A DNA stretch of 64,000 nucleotides, taken from positions 312,914,001 to 312,978,000 of the forward strand of contig OZ024742.1 of the NCBI GenBank assembly GCA_964016885.1, in the 5' to 3' direction. The notes under the pieces are model-generated. The model was not told the origin of the DNA, searched no databases, and saw only the letters and a list, made by a program, of their open reading frames with translations. The first letter of the stretch is position 1. Each line of letters begins with the position of its first letter. Source of the DNA: Eledone cirrhosa (taxonomy: Eukaryota). The position numbers were made by a program, and so were the translations under genes. Positions 45,038 through 60,552 of the stretch are shown one piece after another.

Positions 45038-45732
45038 ATAACAACAACAACAACAATAACAACAACATCAATCTAAGGCCAATACTGTGATCTCATATTT
45101 AATGTCCCAGTGTTATATTTGATCCTGTCATTACTATTGATAGAAATAACAATAACAACAACAATGACAACAACACTAACAGCAAACAAGTGCATACAAT
45201 TATAACAACAACAAACGAAAATGACAACACTAACACCACTGCCAAGAACAACAACAGCAACAAATAAAAATTACAATAACAGAAAACAACAACATCAACA
45301 ATAACAACGCCAATAGTGACAATAACAACAGACAACAACAACAACAGCAAACAACAACAATTACAATGACAGAAAACAACAATCACAGCAAGAAACAACA
45401 ACAACAATAACAGCAAAGAACAACAACTGCAAGCAACAACAACAATAATAACAGCAAAGAGCAACAATAAGACCAATAACAAACACCAATAACAATGACA
45501 ACAATAACAACAACAGCAAAGTATAACAACAATAGCAGCAAACAACAACAAAAACAACGACAACGACAACAAAGAGTAACAACAAGAGCAACAACAAAAA
45601 TAACAACAGCAAACAACAACAAACAAGACCAATAACAACAACAAACAGAACCAATAACAACAACAACAACAACAACAATAACAACAACAATAACAACAAC
45701 AATAAAAACAACAACTATAACAACAAAAACAA
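45038..45732. repeat. Degenerate (AAC/AAT)n microsatellite
   Basis: Direct inspection. Confidence 0.9.
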
Positions 45733-45963
45733 GTGCTAGGTGTGTTATCATTCACATAACCAAACTATTATGTGTTTAGAGAATAATTCTTCAGTCCATT
45801 CATTGCCAAAAGTGAGATGAAAAGTGAAGGAGGATGGAGCATTGTTAGTGTTCTGTTTGTTGTTGTTTGTTGTTGTTACTGCTGCTATAATTATTATTAT
45901 CACTATTTTTGCTGTTTTTGTTTATTATTATTATATGTCGGCTCTTGTGGCCAATAAATGAAA

Positions 45964-46006
<43 letters not shown>

Positions 46007-46179
46007 GCTTTCCAGCATAGTTACGTCCCTTTACGGTCTGAGTTCAAATCCCGCCGAGGTTAACTTTGCCTTTCATCCTTACGGGGTCGATGAAATAAAG
46101 TACCAGTAATGTACTGGGTAATTGCTGGCCTTGTGCCTAAAGTAGAAACAATTATTATTATTATTATTATTGTTATTGT

Positions 46180-46436
46180 TATTCCTTGAATCTCAGTCAT
46201 TGATGTTGGTTAACTGGAAAGTCCGTTGGATTGAATATCAAGCCACTACCTGCAGCCTCAGATATTCAGGACGTATCGGAGGGTTCTTACTGTTCCAAGC
46301 AAGCATGCCTTTTGAAGCGTTCCAAAAAGCGTGAAGGGGCCGATTTTCTTTAACCATCCCTGGAAACTTTTGGAGATAGTCCCCAGTGCGCCTATGACAA
46401 TCGGGATCACTTTGACTTCATGGCAGTTCCAAATCC

Positions 46437-46437
<1 letters not shown>
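46180..46437 (-). mobile_element. R4/Dong-like RLE non-LTR retrotransposon 3' end in (TAA)n
   Basis: VKVIPIVIGALGTI...LQKACLLGTVRTLRYVL, typical of R4-clade C-termini. Confidence 0.75.
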
Positions 46438-46516
<79 letters not shown>

Positions 46517-46717
46517 GGGCGGTGGATTGACAGTATCGGTAGAGGAGCAGACACCATGCTTTCCAGCATAGAGTTACGGCTCTTGCCATTTTGAGTTCAA
46601 ATCCCGCCGAGGTTAACTTTGTCTTTCATCCTTACGGGGTCGATAAAATAAAGTACCAGTAATACACTGGTGTAATTGCTGGCCTTGTGCCAAAAGTAGA
46701 AACAATTATTATTATTA

Positions 46718-47226
46718 TCGGGAAGGGCAGGCAGTTTTTATCTGTCTGGTGGCAATGGCGAAAGAGATAGTATGGTGGATGCGTCTGAAAGGACTGAAGA
46801 CGAGCACTTACCTCTTCGGTGATGCCCTGATTAACTTTTTCAAATTTCATTTGAAAAGGAAAATCAGGGTAAAGAGGCAAGTGCTCTCTTCCCAGCATTT
46901 TGTTGAAAGATGGGTGAGAGAAGCAAGTATGGCCCGAGTGAATGGGCATACTCTGAGTATATGCCTGTAAACTGAAGGTGGAAAACTGGGAGAGGGCACT
47001 TGCCCTGGCGGTCAGGGTCACCGTGGCTTTTTTTAATGGGCTTTCTCCACGATGGCCCTTGGAAGTCTCCCCCCTATTGGGGAATTTTTCGTTGTTCTTT
47101 TTTTGTTACATCCTCTGTTTTTTTTGTTTTTTTTACATGCAGAAATGCCCATTTGTACCGTCCTGCATTGTCCTGTACTGTCCTTAATATATACTTTGGG
47201 TAAACCCTTGTGGTTAATAAAGAAAG
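46718..47226 (+). mobile_element. Tx1/L1-clade LINE 3' end
   Basis: AMAKEIVWWMR...FFKFHLKRKIRV...FVERW; 3' UTR ends GTTAATAAAGAAA followed by (ATT)n. Confidence 0.6.
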
Positions 47227-48668
47227 CATTATTATTATTATTATTATTATTATCATTATTATTATTATTATCATAGGGCAGAGGATTGGCAGTATCAGTA
47301 GAGGGGCGGACACCATGCTTTGCAGCATAGAGTTATGGCCTTATGTTCTAAGTTCAAACCCCACCGAGGTTAACTTTGCCTTTCATCCTTACAGGGTCGA
47401 TCAAATAAAGTACCAGTGACGTACTGGGGTCGATTTAATCGACTTTCCCCTCCTCCTCAAATTGCTGGCCTTGTGCCTATATAAGAAACAATTATTACTA
47501 TTATTATTTATATATTTTACACGCTATATATGTAAACCCCACTGCCCCTGTCTATTGTGTTGTCCCCTATATGTTGGCCCTTGTGGCCAATACATGAAAC
47601 AATTATTATTATTATTATTATTGTTATTATTATAGGGTAGTAGTAGGGTGTGGATTGGCAGTATCGGTAGAGAGTCGGCCACCATGCTTTGAAGCATAGA
47701 GTTACGTCCCTTTATGATCTGAGTTCAAATCCCGCCGAGGTTAACTTTTCCTTTCATCCTTACGGGGTCGATCAAATAAAGTACCAGTAATACACTGGGT
47801 ATTTGCTGGCCTTGTGCCAAAAGTAGAAACAATTATTATAGTGTAGTAGATTGGCAGTATTGTTTGAGCATCAGACAACATGCTTTGCATCATATAGTTA
47901 CATCCCTTTACATCCTGACTTCAAAACCCGCCGAGGTTAGCTTTGTCTTTCATCATCGCGAGGTCGATAAAATAAAGCACTAGTAATGCACTGGGGTCAA
48001 TTTAATTTACTTTCCTCCCCCAAAAATTCTTGGTCTTGTGCCTAGATAAGAAACCATTATTAGTAACAGTAACGTCCCTTTACGATCTGAGTTCAAATAC
48101 TGCCGAGGTTAACTTTGCCTTTCATCCTTACGGGGTCGATAAAATAAAGTACCAGTAATGTACTGGTTAATTGCTGGCCTTGTACCTAAAATAGAAACAA
48201 TTATTAGTAGTAATAGTATCGTTTATTTTTTTCGTATATTATTTAGGTGATGTTAGTAAAATAGGTCCGACAGGTGATAGCCGTGGGTGGGGAGGGTAGA
48301 CTTTTGTGTGAGAAAGAGAGATTAATCGGTCTATCAAATGATAAAAAAAAATAATAAAAAATAATGGGGCAAAGAGAGGAAGAGAGAGACAAAGCAAGAA
48401 AGAGGGGAGAAAGGTAGAGGATGACAAAAAAAATGTTGGATAAAATAAAAAAATAAAAAAATACATCTAACAGATTGGAGTAGGGTAAGTTTAGGTGCTA
48501 TTATAAGTAAACTATAGAAATCAGTGAAAAATGGAAAAAAATTGATATTGTTGTCAATGCAATGAAACTGCAGTGAATTGTATGTAATGCATTGATCAAA
48601 AGTTCTGTAAAATTTGTACAATATAGTGTCCCTCACATTTCAACTACTTGATCAATACATATTTCTTG

Positions 48669-48738
<70 letters not shown>

Positions 48739-48869
48739 GTGTGTGTGTGTGCGTGTGTGTGTGTATATACAGGGTGCTCTCCAAAAATGTATACACACTT
48801 CAACAGCCTTCTAATAAATATTGCCTGTACAGGTAATCAAAGAGTGTATACATTTTTTGGGACACCCTG

Positions 48870-48903
<34 letters not shown>

Positions 48904-48911
<8 letters not shown>

Positions 48912-49585
48912 TAACAGATTAAAGTTTAAGCAAAGAATCGCTGCTTTCACCCTTAACGGGATCTTCTGAAACTAACAAAGTCAATCTGTGAACGCAGAAG
49001 TGAATATTTCAAAAAACATTGCAACCGGAGGAAGACAGGAAGACGATACATTGGTTCGTGGAAAAGAACGGGGAAAAACGAATATAATACGTCATTATTT
49101 GGAGCGGTGAAAAACAATTACACGCAAAGACAAAACCATGTTTATGGTATAAAAGAAGTCGTAGACTAATATTCTATTAGGTGGTGCATAGAGACGTTCT
49201 CTGGCAATGAACGGAAAAAACGAAGATAATACGTCGTATGTGGAGCGGGGAGAACAATTGCACGCAAAGACAAAACCACATAAATGGTATAACTGAAGTC
49301 GTAGACTAAAATTCTAACTAGCAAACCGAATGATTCTCGGTTTCAGAGTTAAAAATAAAGTAAATAAAATAGAGTTAATTGAAATTAAATAAATACATAC
49401 ACGCATCCATATACGTACAAACACAAGCATACGCGAAAACACTCGCCATAGGTATACAAATACACGCACGTACACACAACCCCCCCCCCCCCCCGCACAC
49501 ACATACAGAACCCACGCAACGCCTGTACCCGCACGCATACGAATGTATACACCAAATACACATAAAAATATATATATAAAAAAAA

Positions 49586-49620
<35 letters not shown>

Positions 49621-50170
49621 CGCGTGTATACATATAATTAAATAAACGTATATAAATAAATAAATAGTATATAACAAGCGCACACACATACCTACATGTA
49701 AATACACATACGTTCGGAGACGTACGTCAACCAGAACACAAAGTACACATATACACACAACCGACATACGTACGAACCCGCATATCACACAGACGCAAAA
49801 CTCACGTATACACACAACCAAAAGCATAAACATAGTTTTGTCTTTGCGTGTAATTGTTTTTCACCGCTCCAAATAATGACGTATTATATTCGTTTTTTCC
49901 CGTTCTTTGCCAGCGAACGTTACCACGAACCAAAGTATCGTCTTCCTGTCTTCCTCGGGTTACAACGTTTTTTGAAATATTCATTTCTGCGTTCACAGAT
50001 TGACTTTGTTAGTTTCAGAAGATCCCGTTAAGGGTGAAAGCAGCGATTCTTTGCTTAAACTTTAATCTGTTATTTTAATAAATATTTGCTCTACGGTTCT
50101 TATATATTTGATATATATTTATCCTTATCGAGCCCTCTTTGGATTTCAGTCTTCAAATTTATTATTATTA
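48904..50170. mobile_element. Large fold-back PLE-terminus element (arms 48904-49145 / 49827-50079) with A4-variant HHR in both arms
   Basis: AGTTT CAGAAGA TCCCGTTAAGGGT GAAA GCA..TGC TT AAACT at 50011-50061 (+) and 48923-48973 (-). Confidence 0.65.
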
Positions 50171-50480
50171 CTATATATATATATATATAAATGGAATAGA
50201 ATGAAACGAAATTTCATTTCTCACTCTTAGTACGGCATTTACTTAAATGTAAGTATGTATGTATGTATGTATGTATACGTACATACATATATGTATACAG
50301 ACGTACAGTAGTATGTATATATATACATACATGCACACATATATATATAAGCACGTATCCGTTTACCGAACATTTATTATAATGCTCGCTTCGTTTGTTT
50401 GTAAACAAACAAACAGCCCGAATTACGCCGTACAGTGTTTAGACAACCACGTCACCTTTTTCTTCAACACTGACACAGGA

Positions 50481-50523
50481 ACGATGTACTAGTTTCAAGC
50501 TTATTGGCTATCGTCAGCATCGT
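50481..50523 (-). ncRNA. Type I minimal hammerhead ribozyme
   Basis: Reverse complement reads ACGATG CTGACGA TAGCCAATAAGCTT GAAA CTAG TA CATCGT. Confidence 0.9.
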
Positions 50524-51243
50524 ATACCTTCCTGCCAGATGGTTGAACGTCTGAAAGTATATAATTTCCTTATGCATATTAACGGCTGAGTAGCCTAATT
50601 TGCATATCGAGTGAGTTGAGTCGGCCGGGCACACCGAAAACGATAAATGGAATAGAGTGAAACGAAATTTCATTTCTCACTCTTAGTACGGCATTTAATT
50701 AAATGTAAGTATGTATGTATGCATACGTACATACATATATGTATACAGACGTACAGTAGTATGTATATATATACATACATGCACACATATATATATGCAC
50801 GTATCGGTTTACCGATAGCTAATAAGCTTGAAACTAGTACATCGTTCCTGTGTCAGTGTTGAACAAAAAGGTGACGTGGTTGCCTAAACACTATACGGCG
50901 TAATTCGGGCTGTTTGTTTGTTTACAAAACAAACCGAGCATTATAATAAATGTTCGGTAAACCGATACGTGCATATATATGTGTGCATGTATGTATATAT
51001 ATACATACTACTGTACGTCTGTATACATATATGTATGTACGTATACATACATACATACTTACATTTAAGTAAGTGCCGTACTAAGAGTGAGAAATGAAAT
51101 TTCGTTTCATTCTATTCCTTTTATCGTTTTCGGTGTGCCCGGCCGACTGAACTCACTCGATATGCAAATTAGGCTGCTCAGCCGTTAATATGCATAAGGA
51201 AAGTATATACTTTCAGACGTTCAACCATCTGGCAGGAAGGTAT

Positions 51244-51286
51244 ACGATGCTGACGATAGCTAATAAGCTTGAAACTAGTACATCGT
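51244..51286 (+). ncRNA. Type I minimal hammerhead ribozyme
   Basis: ACGATG CTGACGA TAGCTAATAAGCTT GAAA CTAG TA CATCGT; identical to the copy at 7490. Confidence 0.92.
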
Positions 51287-51505
51287 TCCTGTGTCAGTGT
51301 TGAACAAAAAGGTGACGTGGTTGCCTAAACACTGTACGGCGTAATTCGGGCTGTTTGTTTGTTTACAAACAAACAAACCGAGCATTATAATAAATGTTCG
51401 GTAAACTGATACGTGCTTATATATATGTGTGCATGTATGTATATATATACATACTACTGTACGTCTGTATACATATATGTATGTACGTATACATAGATAC
51501 ATACT

Positions 51506-51589
<84 letters not shown>

Positions 51590-51593
<4 letters not shown>

Positions 51594-51853
51594 AAAGTCT
51601 GTCTTAAGCCAGAAGGGTCATTTGGCCGGTGCTTGTTCTGGTTTCATGGCGTGAAGCGAGTACAAGGAGAGGATGCCAGTCCATCGCAGGGTTAAACCGC
51701 CAGCTATTGCTGGTACTCATTTTCAGCTGAGTATACTGGAGAAATGTGAAATGAAGTGTTTTGCTCAAGAACACAACACGCAAACCAAGGAATCGAACCC
51801 AAGACATTATGATCGTAAGTCGAACACGCTTAGCACAAGGCCACATGCCTACA
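51590..51853 (-). mobile_element. Full-length CORE-type tRNA SINE
   Basis: Minus strand: TGGCCTTGTGCT A-box-like, GGTTCGATTCC B-box, GTGTTCTTGAGCAAAACACTT CORE-like. Confidence 0.75.
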
Positions 51854-52416
51854 CATATATATAGTAGTATAGTAATAATAGGTAGATAAAAATATTCAAG
51901 GCAACTGAAGTTTGAATATAATTAATGCTTACATTTTCCACAGTTCATTTCCATCAACACAGAAACGTATGTACCTGGTATGGTGTTGTTGTAGTAACTG
52001 GCCTAGATATCATCATATCATCATCATCATAACCGTTTTGCGTCCGTTCTTCCACGCTAGCATGGGTTAGACGGGTTGTCCTATTGTGGGCAGTGTCCGG
52101 TCGGCTGACCTTGTCTTGCTCATACGGGAACTGATTCTGGCTTGATCTCTACAACTGGATGCCCTTCCTAACACCAACTTCATTTACAGTGAGTGGTGGG
52201 GGCTTTTTTGCTGTGTCGCCTACACGTCCACTTTACAGTGAGTGCTGGGTGCTTTTTTGCCGTGGCACCTCCACGACCACATTGCAATGGAATGATAGGG
52301 ACCCCAGTCCCATCATCTCATTTCTACAGCTGAGTAAACTGGAGCAATGTGAAATAAAGTGTCTTGCTCAATGAAACGACACATCACCCGGTCCGAGAAT
52401 TGAACTCACAAACTTT

Positions 52417-52476
<60 letters not shown>

Positions 52477-53344
52477 TTAATATAGATGAGATTCTACAGG
52501 ACTAGAACTGTTTCATTCTTTAGAAATCATCAGGAATCTGGGTATCAAAAAATAAAAATGGTATTTATAGGTCTCTACAAGTGGTAGGAGAGGGTGGGGT
52601 ACAACATAGGTACCACACCATCTTTAATAAGAACACAATAAGACTGTCTTACTCCACCACACCTAACCTAGCTAGGAATATAGCCAACCACAATTCTAAA
52701 AAATTAAATAAGCCAACCACCCCCGAAACCAATCCCCGGACTGGGGCTCTATGTAATTGCCTGAATAAGGAAGCATGCCCACTTGAAAACAAATGCCTCA
52801 CAAATGATATCGTATACAAATGCAATGTCATCTCAGGCACCGAGGATTGCAAAAAAACTTACATCGGCATGACCTCCAACAACTTTAAGACCCGTTGGTA
52901 TGCCCATACCCACTCCTTCAGAAGACCGGATAAATCAAATCAGACAACACTCGCCTCCTACGTTTGGGACCTCAAAAGGAACTCCACCCCCTTCACGCTT
53001 AAATGGAAAATACTCCAGAAAGCGCGCTCTTACAACGGAGGACACAAGGGCTGCGACCTTTGTATTTCAGAGAGCTACGAAATTTTATTCGCCAAGGGCC
53101 CGCTACTGAACAAACTCTCTGAACACTGCCTGAACTGCATGCACAAGAACTTTGCAACTTTCAAACACTTTAAGCCAGTGTTAAAGCCCGATGGCTTAAA
53201 ACGACCTCCCCCTATTGGCCCCTATACCTCCTCCCCACCCTACCCCCACCCCTCCTCAACCTGAAATACGGCCACTATGGTTATGTGAGTACCTCTTTCG
53301 TATCTACATTTTCTGCCTGTAGAGGTGTTTTTATGTGCCTGCGT

Positions 53345-55261
<1,917 letters not shown>

Positions 55262-55266
<5 letters not shown>

Positions 55267-55726
55267 GACAAACATAGAATATTCGAAAATATTCTGTATG
55301 TTTATAATAAACATTTTGAAGACCCAATCGCTATAGAATAGAATACGTCACGTATTACAATTTGAGATTCTCGATAAAAGCAAGGGAAGTAACCTACGCG
55401 TTTCATTCTTATTAGAATCCAAATTCTAATTTCTGCCGGACCGGCTAACGCTCTTTCAAACCAGTTCCTGTACACAGCTAAGTATTCTATAAGTCTCTAG
55501 CTGTGTCGTTCTCGATAAAAGCATTGGATATGTAATCCTGATGATTTCTAATAAGAATGAAACGCGTAGGTTACTTCCCTTGCTTTTATCGAGAATCTCA
55601 AATTGTAATACGTGACGTATTCTATTCTATAGCGATTGGGTCTTCAAAATGTTTATTATAAACATACAGAATATTTTCGAATATTCTATGTTTGTCTTCA
55701 CATATATATCGCTATTTCAGAGCATT

Positions 55727-55735
<9 letters not shown>
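55262..55735 (+). mobile_element. Fold-back PLE-terminus element nested in the PLE 3' UTR, with canonical HHR (55532-55574)
   Basis: Arms 55262-55416 / 55546-55702. GTAATC CTGATGA TTTCTAATAAGAAT GAAA CGCG TA GGTTAC. Confidence 0.85.
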
Positions 55736-55797
<62 letters not shown>

Positions 55798-56504
55798 ATG
55801 TATATGTATGTATATAAATATATTTATATATATGTGTGTGTGTTTTTATGTGTGTATATGTGTATGTGTATGTGTGTTTATGGTTGCGCGTGAGTGTGTG
55901 AGTGAGTATGTTTTTTGTGAATGTGTCTGTTGATTTTTGGCATATAGTTGATTAGTTTAAGAGAAGTTCGAAGATAATTGTAAGATATGCACTCAGTATT
56001 TTGAATCTGTCTACAGAATTCTCTAAACCTTTGTCACTTAGTAGAACCTTAATGATTTTAGCTTTTAAAGAATCTCCCTTTTCTTTAATTCTTTCGACCA
56101 TGACTGACCCCCCACTGATCTTATAGACATCTGTTAGCTTAAGAGAAACTTAATGACAAGGAATGGTATGCCATCCGGAACCTGTTTATAGAATTCTGTC
56201 TGCCCTTGTTACTCTAAAAACATAAATAAATAAAAATAAACTATAGCTTTGTAGAATTAGCTTTTAATGAATTCCCTTTTCTATCAACCAATGACCTGCA
56301 CCCATCCCACTCCCCACCCTCTCCTACCACTTGTAGAGACCTATAAATACCATTTTTATTTTTTGATACCCAGATTCCTAATGATTTCTAAAGAATGAAA
56401 CAGTTCTAGTTCTGTAGAATCTCATCTATATTAAAATTTTTATACTCTGCTATGTATTGAGTACCTTACTTACTGTGGTTACCTCCGATTCAACCCGGAA
56501 TAAC

Positions 56505-56572
<68 letters not shown>

Positions 56573-56580
<8 letters not shown>

Positions 56581-56935
56581 CAAGGACGATTTGTTAAGCC
56601 TTCGTTACGTTTATTGATTGGTGAAGCGCGTTTCGCTATTGATCAGCTCAAGGTTTGATCTGTATCGATCTGGCTCGACGCTGGAATCAAAATCTGTCAT
56701 TACAACAGCAGAGGTCCGACGATTTTTTTTATTCCAGAGTCGGGCTAGATCGATACAGATCGAACCTTGAGCTGATCAATAGTGAAACGCACGTCACCAA
56801 TTAATAAACATAATGAAGGCTTAACAAATCGTCTTTTATCGTTATATTAAATTCTGTTTAGCTCTACACCTTGGCACTGGCGGGAACCTAAACATCGAGT
56901 GCTCACCTGGGTGAACCTACAGTACCTGATAATAT
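56573..56935 (+). mobile_element. Fold-back element of the long-stem-II family
   Basis: Imperfect ~115-bp arms (56573-56690 / 56730-56847), GAAACGCACGTC 3' HHR half, ATCGAGTGCT tail motif. Confidence 0.6.
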
Positions 56936-57610
56936 AGATTAGTTAGCAGTGACATAGATGAACTGAACAACAGGACAATTTGGAGAAAATGTATGGAAAC
57001 TAAAACTTCCCCTTTGTTAAATATAGGTTCAGAGATGTTCTATGCAATGGATATAGGGAGCAGGAGTTTGATAACTATGACAGAGAATAACTGGAAATTT
57101 CTCTGAGACAACCTGCTGTGAGCTATTGGTAAGATTTGTAGCTAGATCGATGTACCAGCCAGATGAAAGTACTCGGTCAGAGAATAGTGCTGGAGGTAGA
57201 ACTGTGCTAAATGATAGGCCTGGAAAAATGTCTGTAAAAGACACCATTAAGAGAAAAGAAGCTAGAGACCAAGTTTAGCTGTCGGTGACAAATTGTACAA
57301 GAGAGTAATCTCCCCTTTAACACATAATGCAGTGTCAAGAGAAGTAATTCATAAAAAAATTTAATGTGTTGAAGATTAAGTAACTTGGAGAGAAGCTGAA
57401 AGCAAGAGGTTTTCAAATACTTAGTAATGAGAAGATCAGAGGCACGAGGTGCTCCAGATTGCAAAGCAGAATGTCAGTGTGAAACAAGCAATTGTTGGGG
57501 AAATGTGTGTTTGAAATGATTCTGGTGCTTGTAGCACCACTGATGCTCAGAAGAAAGAGGCATGGATGTGTTATTAGAAGAATTATGATAAATATTTTCA
57601 TGTGGAGAAA

Positions 57611-57937
57611 GGGTGGTGGATTGGCAGTATCGGTATAGCATCAAATATGCTTTGCAGCATATAGTTACATCCCTTTACAGTCTGAGTTGAAATCTCGCCA
57701 CAGTTAGCTTTGCCTTTTATACTTACAGGGTCAATAAAATAAAGCACCAGTAATGCACTGGAGTTGATTTAATTGACTTTCCTTTCCCCCCAAATTGCTG
57801 GCTTTGTGCCTAAAGTAGAAATAATAATAATTATTATTATTTAACTTTGCCTTTCATCCTTACGGGGTCGATAAAATAAAGTACCAGTAATGTACTGGTA
57901 ATTGCTGGCCTTGTGCCTAAAGTAGAAACAATTATTA
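57611..57937 (+). mobile_element. Tandem tRNA-SINEs (one full, one 5'-truncated)
   Basis: Same head, centre and tail motifs as other copies. Confidence 0.85.
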
Positions 57938-58494
57938 GTAGTAGTATCGTAGTAGTATCATGATAATGCTGAGAATTGAGGTTGACATATGTATATTGTT
58001 ATAAAAAGATATATGGCCATTAAGCATTTGAAAAGATGAACAGCCAGTAGGCCATGTGGGATAGTCACAGAGATGCTGAAAATATAATTCTCAGATGAAA
58101 GTCTAAAATAACTTCTCAGAGTTACTCCCTTGAACAACCTTCCGATGATTTTTCCTGAGGTTACAATGCTGGTAATCAAATGGAGACAATTTTAGGTTTG
58201 TGAGGACCCTTCAGTCTGAATGAGCATGTAACAATCTCTCTAGTGCTAGTGCCACAATATGATGCACCTAGTACACCCGGTAAAGTGCCAGTGCTGGTGC
58301 TACAACAAAATGTATCCAGTACACTCTGTAAAATGGTTGGCATTAGGAAGGACATCCAACTATATAAACCATGCAAATATGATGATATGCATGCACACAC
58401 ACACACACATATATATATACATACATATACACATATTTATAGATATATATGTATATACACTCATATGCAAACACACACACACGTATATATTTAT

Positions 58495-59015
58495 AAGAGA
58501 GTGTTGAAGTTTGCTTGAAGCATTGTGGAATAATAAAAAATTTGGTCGTTTTGGAAGCCTCAACAATGCAGATGGGTAAATCTCCGGGTAACAGAATCCG
58601 GTGGTGAAGAGAGAGATGTAAGAGGAAATGTAGAATGAGATGTATAGTGTGTAGAGGAACGTAGGAAAGAGTGTAAAAATAATAACACGAGATATAGTTG
58701 TCCCTATATTTCGAATTTCGCATCCATCAACTGGGTTTTTTTCCGAGGGGGAAAGTTTTTAGTCGGAGAGGAATGGTACAAAACTTTCCCCCTCGGAAAA
58801 CCCCCCAGTTGATTGATGATAAATCCGAAATATGGGGACAATTAAATCACTTCCAAGGTAACTCTATCTCGTGTTATTATTTTTACACTCTTTCCTACGT
58901 TCCTCTACACACTATACATCTCATTCTACATCTCCTCTTACATCTCTCTCTTCACCACCTGATTCTGTTACCCGGAGATTTACCCATCTGCATTGTTGAG
59001 GCTTCCAAAACGACC

Positions 59016-59020
<5 letters not shown>
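58495..59020. mobile_element. 480-bp nested hairpin element (outer arms 58539-58699 / 58861-59020, inner hairpin 58698-58842)
   Basis: Near-perfect outer inverted repeat; flanking duplication ATATGTATATACACTCATATGCAAACAC (~58447 / 59081); no HHR core found. Confidence 0.6.
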
Positions 59021-59052
<32 letters not shown>

Positions 59053-59461
59053 CTACATATATACATATTTATATATATATATATGTATATACACTCATAT
59101 GCAAACACACACACACATATATATATATATATTTTCTTACTGAGATGAAATAAATGTCTAACACTCTATTCTATGGAATGTTTCACCCATTGTCCAATAC
59201 TATACCCAACCATTATAACATGGAGGTTGGATCTATGTAAAAAAAACAAAGTTTCTATAACAATATGAAGAATAGGAAAATACCTTTCATTTATTTGTTT
59301 GAATTTTTGTTTGGTAGTTCCATGATTTGTGTTTTTTTAATATTTTTATATTTTATCTCTATTTTCTATATTTTTTTTCATTTCTGTTGGTTTTTATGAA
59401 AACAGACTCTCAAGCTAGAAAGAGATTATATATATGTATACATACATGTATATACATATAA

Positions 59462-59532
<71 letters not shown>

Positions 59533-59674
59533 ACATACATGTATATACATATAACCTATATATATATATATATATGTATACATACATGTATATACATATA
59601 ACCTATATATATATATATACCTATACCTATATATACATATATATATATACATATACATATATATTTATATATAC

Positions 59675-59759
<85 letters not shown>

Positions 59760-59763
59760 CACC

Positions 59764-59820
<57 letters not shown>

Positions 59821-59838
59821 ATATATACATATATATAC

Positions 59839-59942
<104 letters not shown>

Positions 59943-60552
59943 GTACCTATATATATATATATATATGTGTGTACATACATATATATATATATATACATAC
60001 AAACATATATATACATGTATGTGAATGTGTGTGTGTGTGTGTGTGTGTGCGTGTGCATGAGTATATGTATGTGTGCATTCATACAATTATATAAAAGACC
60101 TTCAAAGGTACAAACATTTAGGTTCCAAATAAATGAAAGCAAAGAGGTCTGCAATACAGGTGATGCTTATTTTTTAATATATTTCTTCTTTGTCAATTAT
60201 ATAGGTGACATTAGTGTGATAATGTATTGCAGCTTGAGAACTAATGTGATTGGCTTATCATCTCTCGGTCTGTCTCCATCTCCCCCTTCCCCCTTCTCTC
60301 TCTATCTCTGTCTCTCTCTCTCCTTGTCCTCTTCAGAACTTCACTGGGCTTGTTGGCCATGGAACTTAAAGAATTAATAGCTGATAACAGCAGTTGCTGT
60401 TATGGTGGTGGTTGGGTAGGATGATGATGATGATGATGATGATGAGGAAGTGGAGGAAAGAGAAGACTGAGGGGGAGTGTGTAGGTGACAACAAAATGGT
60501 ACATAATACCAATGTTGATGACCATATAACGTGAATCTACACTTTATATATA

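Larger units (their letters stand above)
46005..48206 (+). mobile_element. Cluster of about six tRNA-SINEs interleaved with (ATT)n and LINE fragments
   Basis: Copies at ~46005, 46517, 47276, 47650, 47845 and 48072. Confidence 0.85.
50189..51510. mobile_element. Tandem/inverted array of the ~440-455-bp HHR retrozyme-like monomer (about 1.4 units on -, then about 1.6 units on +)
   Basis: Minus part repeats at 50189/50645 (period 456). Plus part repeats at 50830/51271 (period 441). Inversion junction at ~50813. Flanked by (TA)n on both sides. Confidence 0.85.

Noticed and set aside
45099-45755. Cys/Leu/Val-rich ORFs
   Set aside because: Degenerate (AAC)n repeat.
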